From positions 1-11,850 of the forward strand of contig JBHGNT010001123.1 of assembly GCA_043228905.1 (NCBI GenBank): a stretch of DNA of 11,850 bases, given 5' to 3'. This document shows, one piece after another, positions 1 through 9,734 of the stretch. The position numbers and the translations under genes are program-made. Position 1 is the first letter of the stretch. Every line of letters begins with the position of its first letter. A model generated the notes under the pieces. That model ran no database searches, was not told the DNA's origin, and saw only the letters and a program-made list of their open reading frames with translations. The stretch is from Azolla caroliniana. Lineage: Eukaryota > Plantae > Polypodiophyta.

Positions 1-849
1 AAAAGGATTGTGGGAAGAAACTTGTGGAATGAGATCTTGTATTATCGTCTAAAGTAAAGGTGAAGTGAACATACATGTTAAAACTTAAGATGTAAGTGTT
101 GTAGATGATAATGATGATGAAAGATGTTCCACATTTTCCTTACAAATGTGACAAGGCACAAATTATGGTGGTTGTGCACAAATTACTAATGCTCAAATAT
201 TGTAGCAAAGGGATGACATCTATAAATTGGGACATACGTCATAGCCATGTGGGGGATAGATAATTATTGTATCATTGAAGCAAACCCCCATGTAGGGTTT
301 TCTTCAAGTGGTACCTTAGGTCTTGAACACATATCAATCTTGAAAGTTGATTTCCTAGAGCCTCTTGCTTGATTGATGATTGAGATGCCTTCCGTTTGTA
401 TGTTGGGTGGGTATCAAACTAAGAATTTGAGACATGTCTTGCCTAGAGGAGTAACAACAAAAGGAAGATAAGCACCATTGCCTTGGATATACTTATTACA
501 AATAAGTTGCTGGTAATAATGCTAGAAACACTACATTAGGGCATTATTAGTCCTTTTGGAATTTAGGGGGCGTAAGACATAGCTCACTTTATCATTCAAG
601 TTAGAGCACAAAGATTTATTGGAATTTTAGCATTGTGTAAAGAGTGTCGTGGATGTCAAATGTGTCAATTTTGAGAAAACATAATGCACACTTCATTGTA
701 AAATATTTTAAAGTTTTATTAGATGCATTGCTACAATGCTATCGTCTTTTCTCTTTGTATTAAAGAGTATTGTTGAAAGTGTGTAAATTCAAATGTTATT
801 GAGCCATTTTTTAGGAGCATATCCTTAATGTGTGTGATCTCAACTAAAT

Positions 850-1460
850 TGGAAAACTATTATGCAGAAGCAAACACAAGTTATGAACGATTCTCAACTC
901 AATTTAGAAATCATTTGTATAATGAGCGATGCTACCGATTTGAACCCATGCTTTTTTATCTTGCAAAAGATAAATTTCACCATGATATTTCTATGTCTCC
1001 ATTTCCACCACAAATGATTGGGTATAACTCAAGGATTTTGTTGGTACCATGGTTTATGAGCGAAGAGGTGTTGTATTAAGGTGGAGTCAAGGATCTTTCA
1101 AGAAACTATAAGAGAATATATGCTTTTAGTAGTTGCGCACTAAAATTCAGCTCGAAGTGGCTCTAATCAAATTGATATACCATTGGAAGACATTTGAAAG
1201 ACATTGTTTGATTTCCTCCAAGTTTATTAGTGACTTCTAAACTAGGATGCCAAATTCCACGGTCTGTTTTTAGAGGCACCTTAATCAACCAATGTAATAA
1301 GACAAACTCCTCAAGAGAAGATTATTCTAGTGTCTTTCAATTTGTAATAAAGAGACTATTACCAAATTCTTTTGAATCTAAACCCAAATTTCAGCACTAC
1401 AAGCTCTACTAGGAGGTTGCTTTGTATGGGACACAATATGAAATAGGTATACAACGGTTT
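850..1460 (-). mobile_element. Possible highly degraded PIF/Harbinger transposase remnant
   Basis: Manual minus-strand translation across frameshifts and stops gives colinear fragments: HIVSHTKQPP, YIG*L (cf. GWPGS), HRNIMVKFIFCKIKK/AW (cf. HxxxRxxVExxFGxLKxRW) and IVHNLCLLLHN at about 891-859 (cf. IxxACCxLHN). Similarity is weak and no TIRs were found. Confidence 0.35.
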
Positions 1461-2499
1461 AACACTACCATAAGAAACTTAAGTCATAATCCATGAGAAC
1501 TTTGAACAAAAAACCATCTCCATTAGCTTTATCGAGTCATAGTAGGCCGTTGAGGATCATTTTGAATTTCCGATTCATCCTCATGCATGAAAACATTAAA
1601 GCCACCTTGATCTCAACAATTTTTCAACCCTCTTCAAACGTCCGTCCTAGAATTGATCTCCTAACAAAAACATCTTGAACCAACAAGCTCTTGTTCTTCC
1701 AATTCACCCCTATCATGCTAAATGTATATTGTATGGCTAGTTACGCAAATACCAAAGCTTATATATTTTGTGTACCTTGTGTGTTCTCTTAACATGTCGT
1801 TCGTACTTCTAAGTGTCATGAAGATAACATTAGGTTAGATCATACATAATATTCATTAATCCTTTCGTAGACCTATGGTTAACACCTATGAACAAATGTA
1901 AAACATTATAAAATATGATAAATAATTTAGTGCTTGAGTGAATTTGTAACATTCTAAAGTTGGCAAATAAAGAAAACAAATCAAAGTTAGGGTTCAAATG
2001 GCATCATATACATCCTTAGAAAAAGTTTATGAAATAATTAAATAAATTTCTTGCTACCTTCAATTGTACACAAACCAATTTAAGAAGAGATTTAAAACTA
2101 GAAAGTAACATGTTCTTTGTTGTGAATACTTAATAACAATTTCTTTGTTGTGACATGTAATGTTTTGGCTTATTTTGTAAAAGAACCAAAGAAATACATA
2201 CCAACATAACACTAAAACATATAAATTCTTTCAATCATGGAAAAAGTATGTAACTATATTTTCGTAATAGGAGGAAACAATCTAAATCGATCTAGACAAC
2301 ATGTTTTTCTCATTAGTATATTTGCTAAAGACGTCAACTATGTTAAAAATCTCTACACATCTAAGCTAGCTAGAAAGATATTAAACCTTAGTGCATTCGC
2401 CCACAATTGTCATCTAAGTGTGTTTGATCTTGTGTAACACTTCTTACTTGATACATCTTCGGGCCTTGAATGAACGTAAAAGTCGATGGATTCAATATT

Positions 2500-2562
2500 G
2501 TCATTATGAACGTAAAAGTTGATGGATTCAACTTCCAACTACGTATGCATTATAATACTTGG
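2500..2562 (+). repeat. Left copy of long direct repeat (candidate LINE target-site duplication)
   Basis: 2505-2562 matches 3079-3136 at 57/58. Extended to 2500-2562 vs 3074-3136 it matches at 60/63. A partial third copy lies at 2470-2495. Confidence 0.9.
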
Positions 2563-3073
2563 GCTCTGATTCAATAACTCGGAATTTTTTGAAGAGATAT
2601 GGATGATGGTGGTTTGTTTATCGGTCAAGCACATTTGGACCAGGTGTTGTAAGTTTGTTTTTCAACAGCAAAAGATCCCTAACAGTGAGGTGTTGTTAAA
2701 TATCTTGTTCGAGCTGGTATCTTGGTTACGGGGATTCTGATGCAACTGAAAGAGCTCGGTCAAAGTTCCTATTGAAATGGGGTAGTTCTCCTATGGTGGG
2801 CAGATCATCATCAGGGCCTAAATGGAACTACCAAGCACCCTGATGGTTGTTTCCCCCAATGGCTTCCATCAGTGCCCATGTGTTGTAACTATGTATAGAG
2901 ATGGTACAAATTACTAGGTTATAGGACTTGTGGATACTTTTGTTGTAAATGAGGTGGGGACTATGTCCACTTTGGTGAGAAGGCCTGAGTGAGGGTTGTT
3001 GAATTTTTGGTGGTCTATGATGTAATTATTTGCTAACTAATGCGAAGTAGTGTTTTTTTTGGGAAAAAAAAAA
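2563..3073 (+). mobile_element. 5'-truncated L1-like LINE (3' end of ORF2, 3' UTR, poly(A) tail)
   Basis: The frame from 2570 reads FNNSEFFEEIWMMVVCLSVKHIWTRCCKFVFQQQKIP...LVSWLRG. IWTRCCKFVF (2633-2662) is a degenerate match to the IWxxR(N/C)xxxF motif at the L1 ORF2 C-terminus. A frameshift near 2731 leads to DSDATERARSKFLLKWG...KWNYQAP*WLFP up to TAA at 2886-2888. About 175 nt of UTR follow, then A10 at 3064-3073. Direct repeats flank both ends. Confidence 0.8.
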
Positions 3074-3136
3074 GTCGCTATGAACGTAAAAGTTGATGGA
3101 TTCAACTTCCAACTACATATGCATTATAATACTTGG
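3074..3136 (+). repeat. Right copy of long direct repeat, starting immediately after the poly(A)
   Basis: GTCGCTATGAACGTAAAAGTTGATGGATTCAACTTCCAACTACATATGCATTATAATACTTGG aligns ungapped to 2500-2562. Confidence 0.9.
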
Positions 3137-3731
3137 TCTACAAACATCACTAATGACATATAAAGTGCACGTGCAAAACCCTCGAGTAGTTCTAGAAATA
3201 TACATTCTTGAAGGAAAAACATCATGTGTAGTCATAATATTGAAGTATGTGAGTATTGTATGTTCTAAGATTTATTACAACCACCATAATTTCTAGCACA
3301 TGTTCTTGCCGTGATTCAACAAGCGTAAAACACAGAGAAGTGATACGTCTTCCAAATATGCATGCATGCATGTATCTCTCTATACACAACAATAATCACT
3401 ATACAAAGATACAAATCCTTAGAAGAGTACGTGTTATTAACATGCCATTTATGGTGTTTTTTTTATCTCCTTGATTGATTGTGGCAATTTCCTAGACCCC
3501 CAAGTGGAAGTAAAATATCTTCTTCTTCTTTTGTATCATGATGCATGCCCATTTGTGATTATTTTGTATACATGTGTAAGTATCCGCCACCGGGGTGAAT
3601 GAAGGTTGTTGAAGCAAAGTTATGATGGAGAAGATGATATGATGAGACGAGAGGAAAAAGGGCAATTCCCCAAAGCTCCACTACAAATAAATAGATTGCA
3701 CTTCAATACATACACTAATAGTGTCACCTAA

Positions 3732-3746
3732 TGTGTGTGTGTGTGT
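3732..3746. repeat. (TG)7 microsatellite
   Basis: Directly visible. Confidence 0.85.
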
Positions 3747-3839
3747 TGCTATTGCGTGAACTTCATTCAAGAATTCCTTGGGTATGGTTTACTCTAAACT
3801 AGCCCTCCCCAAGCTCCATTCTCAATTTTGAGATCATGC

Positions 3840-4720
3840 TATGAGTAGTGAGGAAGATGATTGCCCTTCTCATTTGCAAATAGTAATTGTTGCCAGACTC
3901 CATCTCTTAAATAATTTGTCGTTTCTTCCTTACTCCTTGCATCCATTGAATTGGTAGGGATTATGTCCTTTACTTTAGCCACATACTTAAGGATCCTCAT
4001 CAGATCCTCAATTTCAATGGGTATCACCACCATCTTAAGGAGCATCACAAAGTGTGGTGTAGTTTCCTTCACAACAATGTGGCATCATATGAATATCTTT
4101 TATACCTTCCCTAGGTCATTCCATCTAGGGAGGTTGTGCTTCCTCCCCAAACTTCCAGTCTATGTAAAAAGACTCAAAATTATTGATGTGTTGAAACATT
4201 TATCTAAAGGACACACATGGAGTAACACCTAATATCTTAATGAAATAAATGTTTAGCAACTACTAATGTTCGAACTTTGAAGCATTGCGATTTGTTCCTT
4301 AATAATAAGAATGTCAAAGATGTGAAAAAAATGGAATACCAAGGGGGATAACCTACATAAAATAATGGAAACAACCATAGTAACTCATTTTCCTTATGTA
4401 AGGTGAACATTGACGACACATGATAGGGATTGAGATATTGAGTTAAGATTCCAATGATGTAGTAACCTCTTGCATTTCAAGGGACATTCTAGGAAGACAC
4501 ACTTTGACACTTAAGTAAGATCACCAAATACACTTGCAACTCTATCATCTCGATTCCCAATTGAATAGAACCCAACTCTATTGTCCCAATCGAATAGCCT
4601 CTTGCCACTTGGATTGTAATGGAGAAATAGAAGTTGGGTAAAAAACACTTTTTGGGACTCCAAATCATCAAAACCACTTGCTAATACCGTCTTGTTGAGG
4701 AATTGCTTCAACAAAACCAA
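3840..4720 (-). mobile_element. Possible degenerate LTR-retrotransposon gag-like remnant
   Basis: A run of short broken minus-strand ORFs. ELLWLFPLFYVGYPPWYSIF loosely resembles the Ty3/gypsy gag LFPxxLxxxAxxW motif. No LTR, PBS or pol motif was recognised. Confidence 0.25.
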
Positions 4721-7142
4721 AGCGACTCATTCTCATAAATAAGAACCTCAAATATGCACAAAATATGGGGTTTATGAGGATGAGAAAGAAATGTTCACAA
4801 AGACACATGTTGAGATAGAGATAATCAGAAACACTTGCCGGTCACACAACCTTATAGATTCAGTTTCCTGCATTAGCAACTGTTTAAGTACATGCAAAAT
4901 AAAAGGTGTGCTTGGAGAGGTTCAATCAAGGTCCCAATGGAGGTAGTACCTACCTTCTTACCACTTACCAACATCCAAAGTGCATGGAGGGCTTCATACA
5001 GCCTTCAGCCTGGCTATGTGGAGAATCTAAGCTTTTTATGGGAGTGTACCTTTTGTATGAATAATCAACCAAATTTAAAAGAAAAGTGAATCACGCTAAC
5101 AAAATCAAGCATCAAAATTTAAAAAATTCTGCTTAACATTAAAATTTGGTTTAGCTGATTGTCTAAAGCTATTGCGTGCAATACACATATATATATCTAG
5201 ACATGCTTCACCAGACCTGCGCTCCGCAGGGTTCCGGCTATATGTTACATAAAACCACTCACACTTGGAAAAGTAAATAATTATTGAGTGACATTACCAA
5301 CACTTCAAATTCAGAAAAGTTACAACCAGATTTCCTGTTCCACAATAGTGTCAAAAGAGTAATACAGAAAACGAATATAAGAATGGAGATCCAAAAATAT
5401 CCAAAACTAGATTAAGAAATCCCAAATTGGATTCATAGGACTTGCAAAAACAGCCAATCCTAGTACACATTTGCAATTTTGCGATAGATAAATACCTGCA
5501 TCAAACATTTTGTTATCAGTTTCACCTCACTAATGAAAGTAAACTAAGCAGACAATTTAGTAGGTACACATTTAGTAGTTAAAGTAATTACTGTCAATAG
5601 TCTCATTGTTACATACCTAGACATATGGATGGATGCTAGTCAGGCCCTTAATTGGCAAGGTTTCACATGAAACTTTGCAATCAATCATGAAGTTTCAAAA
5701 TTCAAAACAGAACTGCAGTTCATTCTAATTACTCTACATTATCTGTAGATAATCAGTATTTTATGTATATTTTGTTAAGTTCCAAATCCACAGATTTTAT
5801 TCACTATTTTTTACAGTATTAACTGCTGCATTAACTGGTACATTCAGATTACCTTGTTTCATTGTAGACAATGTGCAAGCAAATATTGTACAGTTCAGAG
5901 TTTTGCCTATCTACTAGTATTATGATGCACATCAAAATATGCCGATGTACCAGCCGTGCAATATCAACTAAGGCAAAATCTGTCTCAAAGTATCTAAGAT
6001 AATCTCTGAAGAGAAAATTAAAAAGACAAGAAGGTCCCAGCCTTTTGGTACACATTAAAAGAAAAATCTTACACAAAGTCCTATTAGGGGTACATATTTT
6101 TATAGCTACTAGGTAGTATGTGTTGATAGATTTCACCATGGAATAATAGAACCCTAAGCAGTATGTGGGATGGAAACATGCCTTCAATGGCCATGATATA
6201 TTAGCACAGTTCTGATCCACGTTTAATATACATTTTGAAGGAGCGTCCTTATGCATGCATATTTAAGTTAACCTCATAACACTAATAAAAAGGGGGGGAA
6301 AGGTGGAGGTGTTAAAAGGTAAAATGGAATATAGTTGGAGTGGATCAGATATTACACATTTTGTTAGACCATGAATTTTCAAAAGAAATATGGTGCCTCA
6401 AATTTTCCTAATTATTCTAGAGTACCTACAGAAAAGTATAATATTTGCAGCATAGATCCAGAGATTGAGTATCAAAGTATATTTGTAATTAGAATTTAGG
6501 AGTTTGGATATTAAAATATATGCAGCACAGAGGTCCCAGAAGTCTGCAATTCTGTCAATTCACTCGTGCTAACAGCATCTCAATCCCTCCCATAATTGAT
6601 CGTGAGATTAGAAATAAAGAGGGATGTTGTTAACTCCCTCTATAGTTCAGGTATGGTTTGAGTTTTAAGAACCCATTGCGCAGTGTACAAAAGAAAAATG
6701 CAAGGGTCTCTCTTTCAATTCACCGAATCTAAAAACATAGTCATAACTCTTTACTTCTTGGAGTTCATTCACTGAAGTTGTCTGAGATGAGATCTTTTAG
6801 GACAACCAGTTGTGCATAAAGCTAGCCATAAATCCAGCTCACAGAAAAAGTACCACTCTACATCTAAATTATCAGGTCAACTAAAGTTCACATCAATATG
6901 GGTGTGGAATCTAAACAATGTAAGTGTCCTTTGTGATTGGATTCCTTTCTTCTAATGTAAAGATTCTGGAACATTAAGTTAACCAAAGTTTACATTAAGG
7001 GGGTGCTGGAGTCAACACAATGTAAACATACACTGTTATAACTAGATTCCCTTTTTTTTTTATCAACATAAATTCAGCATTTAAATTGAGGAGGAAGTAT
7101 GGAAATCAACATAAGGCAAATTAATGTCGTTATTTCTCATTT

Positions 7143-7315
7143 TCAAATAAGTGCTCCTCAAATAAACTCTTTTATGACCTTTAAAATCAACTAATTATCA
7201 CATCTATGTCTTCTCAAATAAATATGTTTCACATCTATGCCTTATTAAATCAGCTCATTTTCACACCTCTGTCTTCCCAAATCAACTTCTTTTCACGTCT
7301 ATTTACTCTCAGATA
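7143..7315. repeat. Degenerate 31-32 bp minisatellite
   Basis: Units start with TCAC at 7198, 7229, 7261 and 7293 (consensus about TCACATCTATGTCTTCTCAAATCAACTCNTTT). More decayed copies extend back to about 7143. Confidence 0.75.
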
Positions 7316-7619
7316 GACTAAGCTAAATCTTATCTCCATCTCAGGACCATGATCTCAACTACAATCATATTCGTTTCTCGAGTTTCTTCTTCAACTATGA
7401 CCAATATTTTATCTAAACCATGGCAGACGATTGTCTTCATAAATTCTGACACACATTTTTCTTCTTCTTCAAGTATAGGGTTCAGCATCTCATTCATCCA
7501 ATAAGTTTTTCCCGATTCATAACGTCAATGAAACAGAGAAAAGAATGGAATAAGAAAAAAACCAGGAAAAGAGAGGAGAAGTACCGTGAAACAGAAGAAA
7601 GAAACGTTTACTTTCTTCT

Positions 7620-7739
7620 TTAGATCAAAATCTTGGAGACGAAGAAGGCCATGAAACATAAAAACACGAGGATGAAGAGGTAGTCGAGCAACTGAAATAC
7701 AAAGGGAGACATTGCGTTCTTCTCGATCTGTCCCGCCAT
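7620..7739 (-). CDS. Putative 39-aa single-pass membrane microprotein MAGQIEKNAMSPFVFQLLDYLFILVFLCFMAFFVSKILI
   Basis: The ATG at 7739 sits in a strong plant context (GCTATGGCG), about 70 nt downstream of TATATA at 7813-7808. The C-terminal half is one long hydrophobic segment (YLFILVFLCFMAFFV, then SKILI). A splice-donor-like CG|GTACTT at 7585/7584 follows the stop, then pyrimidine-rich intron-like sequence. This ORF is the 3' part of track ORF 7620..7937. No homology confirmed. Confidence 0.5.
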   Translation of the reverse strand: MAGQIEKNAMSPFVFQLLDYLFILVFLCFMAFFVSKILI

Positions 7740-7805
7740 AGCCCTTTCCGAAGCAGACACGGAGAGCTTTCTTCGTAGGTCGTTTTGAGAAGAAAATACA
7801 TACAT

Positions 7806-7814
7806 AATATATAA
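7806..7814 (-). promoter_or_regulatory. TATA-like element for the microprotein transcript
   Basis: Minus strand TTATATATT, implying a start near 7780 and a leader of about 40 nt with no ATG before 7739. An alternative TATAAA lies at 8016-8011, with a site-II-like TGGGCT at about 8048-8053. Confidence 0.4.
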
Positions 7815-8126
7815 TACAGTTGCCAAACCGCCCTCGGTGGGAAATCTGTCTTCTCGCAATACCACAAATTTTGTGGTTCCAACTTCCGGGAGAAAGCTTT
7901 TGCGTTTGCTTTCGCTCCGGAGAACATCCATTATCATTTGGCCTCACAAACAAAAAGGTATGGGATGGTGTTTACAAGGGCCGCGATACAACCTCAATAC
8001 AATGCGTTTGTTTATAGCGGCGAGGCCGTATATGAATAATGAATGAATGGGCTACAAGGCCTCTCTCATGGGTTTTACGATTTGTTATTATGCAATCCAT
8101 CGGAATTACCAACGGATGAAGCCCGT

Positions 8127-8141
8127 CCCCCCCCCCCCCCC
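8127..8141. repeat. C15 homopolymer within a C-rich tract (8122-8151)
   Basis: Directly visible. Confidence 0.9.
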
Positions 8142-8712
8142 TCCTTCCCCCAAAACCAAATTGTACAGTTGGTTGCATAGATTGTACAGTCGATTGCACA
8201 AAGAATGTTAGATGGGTCATGGATGACTCACGTAGGGAGGAAGAAAACAACATTCTCAAAGCTTTCCTGTCTTCATCAAGAGCTTACCCATCATGTTGAT
8301 GGTTGGTCGGTCCATGTTCAAGTAATTGAGGAATAAAAACACACGCACTAAAAATGTAGATTGCATAGGACCCCTTTTTTAGAGTGTATGGGGGCATTCA
8401 TCTCGTCTTAATCTTGACCATTCTCCATTAATTAGACAAGTGTTTTCTTGTTTATACCATTCAAAGATTGCTCAGTACTGTTCTTAGAAATAAAAAGAAG
8501 GTTATTCTCGTCTTCCCTTTCTCCATGATGCTTAGTAGCAAAGAGCACATCATATTAGGTTAACAAACTTCAAAGTTAACACACCCCATGGAATTCATGG
8601 ATCCATGCCTAAATCCTACTCTAGTTTAGAACCTTAGGGCATGGGAAAGCTATTAGTGCATCTATGGAGATTACCAATGTGAAACATTCTTTAAAATTCA
8701 AAGACAATGGCC

Positions 8713-9002
8713 AAACGTACTTGCTTAGAAACATCATCTCCATGATACAATGAAATTGCAGTATCTTTTTCCTTGGCTTGGGTTTGTAGAACCGTCACTT
8801 CCCTAATGCCTACATCTCTATTCATATATGGCCTTAGTATTCAAATATGGGCATTAAACGTACTTGCTTAGAAACATCATCCCCATGATGCAATGAAATT
8901 GCATTATCTTTTTCCTTGGCTTGGGCTTGTAGAACTGTCACTTCCCTAATGCCAACATCTCTATTCATATATGTCATTGGTGTTCAAATATGGGCATTAA
9001 AC
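8713..9002. repeat. 143-bp tandem duplication (2 copies)
   Basis: 8713-8855 and 8856-8998 align without gaps, with 10 substitutions by manual count (about 93% identity). AAAC occurs at all three unit boundaries (8713, 8856, 8999). Confidence 0.95.
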
Positions 9003-9734
9003 TTCTCAAATTTAAACTAGTTAGACAGCTAATGTATTGTAGGAAACAGTAAAGGTTGAGTCACCATTAGGGCATGTTTGGTTGAAAACTTTTGGAACAC
9101 CTTTGAAGGCACGATGACATATATACATATATCAATTAATTATTCTGTGCTCTAATATTTGGTATACACAATATTGTCAAATAATTATGGTGGACTCCAT
9201 ATAATTCATCTAATGCTGAGAGAGATGGAATAGAAATGGCACAATTACAATGGATACAAATATTAATGAACAAAAGAAATCACAAGAAGCATGTCTAAGC
9301 TATCGATACAGCTATCCAGAATAGATGGGTACATTCTCTATCATTGCATCAGCTTCAATGGATACTAATTCAATGAGCGCATGGTTTGCCAAGTTACCAA
9401 TGCCTGAATTCCAATCAGTAGAGTGTACAATGTACAAGGTGGACATCTCTTCTTTCTAAGTGTACAAATTTTCATCTCCAACTTGACATGGAGCTTCAAG
9501 CTCAGCCAGGCCTTATTGGAAGTTTCTTTATTTGTTTTATCTTTTTTGCTAGTTGTCACTAAAGAAAACCCGATAGAAATAGAGTCAAAGAATTAGCACA
9601 CAGTATGTTTGTGAGCACCTGTAGCCAGTTATTATACTTTATAGACATTCAATCCCACGGCCTTCCAGGAATGACATCTGAGGAAATGGCACCAGACTCA
9701 GCAATAACACATGCTCACACTTGGGCCGCACAAA

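Noticed and set aside
2470-3136. Three copies of a 26-bp repeat as a CRISPR-like array
   Set aside because: Eukaryotic context with gaps of 10 and about 550 nt; better explained by a target-site duplication plus a local duplication.
828-3474. Short plus-strand ORFs of 60-83 aa in the ORF track
   Set aside because: No coding signal; they lie in degraded repeat or AT-rich sequence.
5849-6256. 135-aa minus-strand ORF
   Set aside because: AT-rich, intron-like sequence with a Cys/Ile/Leu/Phe-biased translation and no domain; its stop overlaps a donor-like GTAATC.
4880-7590. Frequent GTAC motifs as a copper-response cluster
   Set aside because: Only mildly above rough chance expectation for a 4-mer, and located downstream of the candidate promoter.
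7800-7845. TTCCCACCGAG plus TATA as a snRNA-type USE-TATA promoter, with ACGACCT resembling the U3 5' end
   Set aside because: USE-TATA spacing is about 18 nt, shorter than the known Pol III or Pol II snRNA spacing. The downstream sequence does not continue as U3, U6, MRP or telomerase RNA.
7525-8259. Alternative-frame ORFs around the microprotein (142, 100, 95, 69 and 65 aa)
   Set aside because: Poor start contexts; they run through promoter-like, homopolymer or intron-like sequence and show no recognisable motifs.
9598-9618. GTGCTCAC...CTGT in the PUB 3' UTR resembling a miR156 site
   Set aside because: The central and seed-pairing positions are mismatched.
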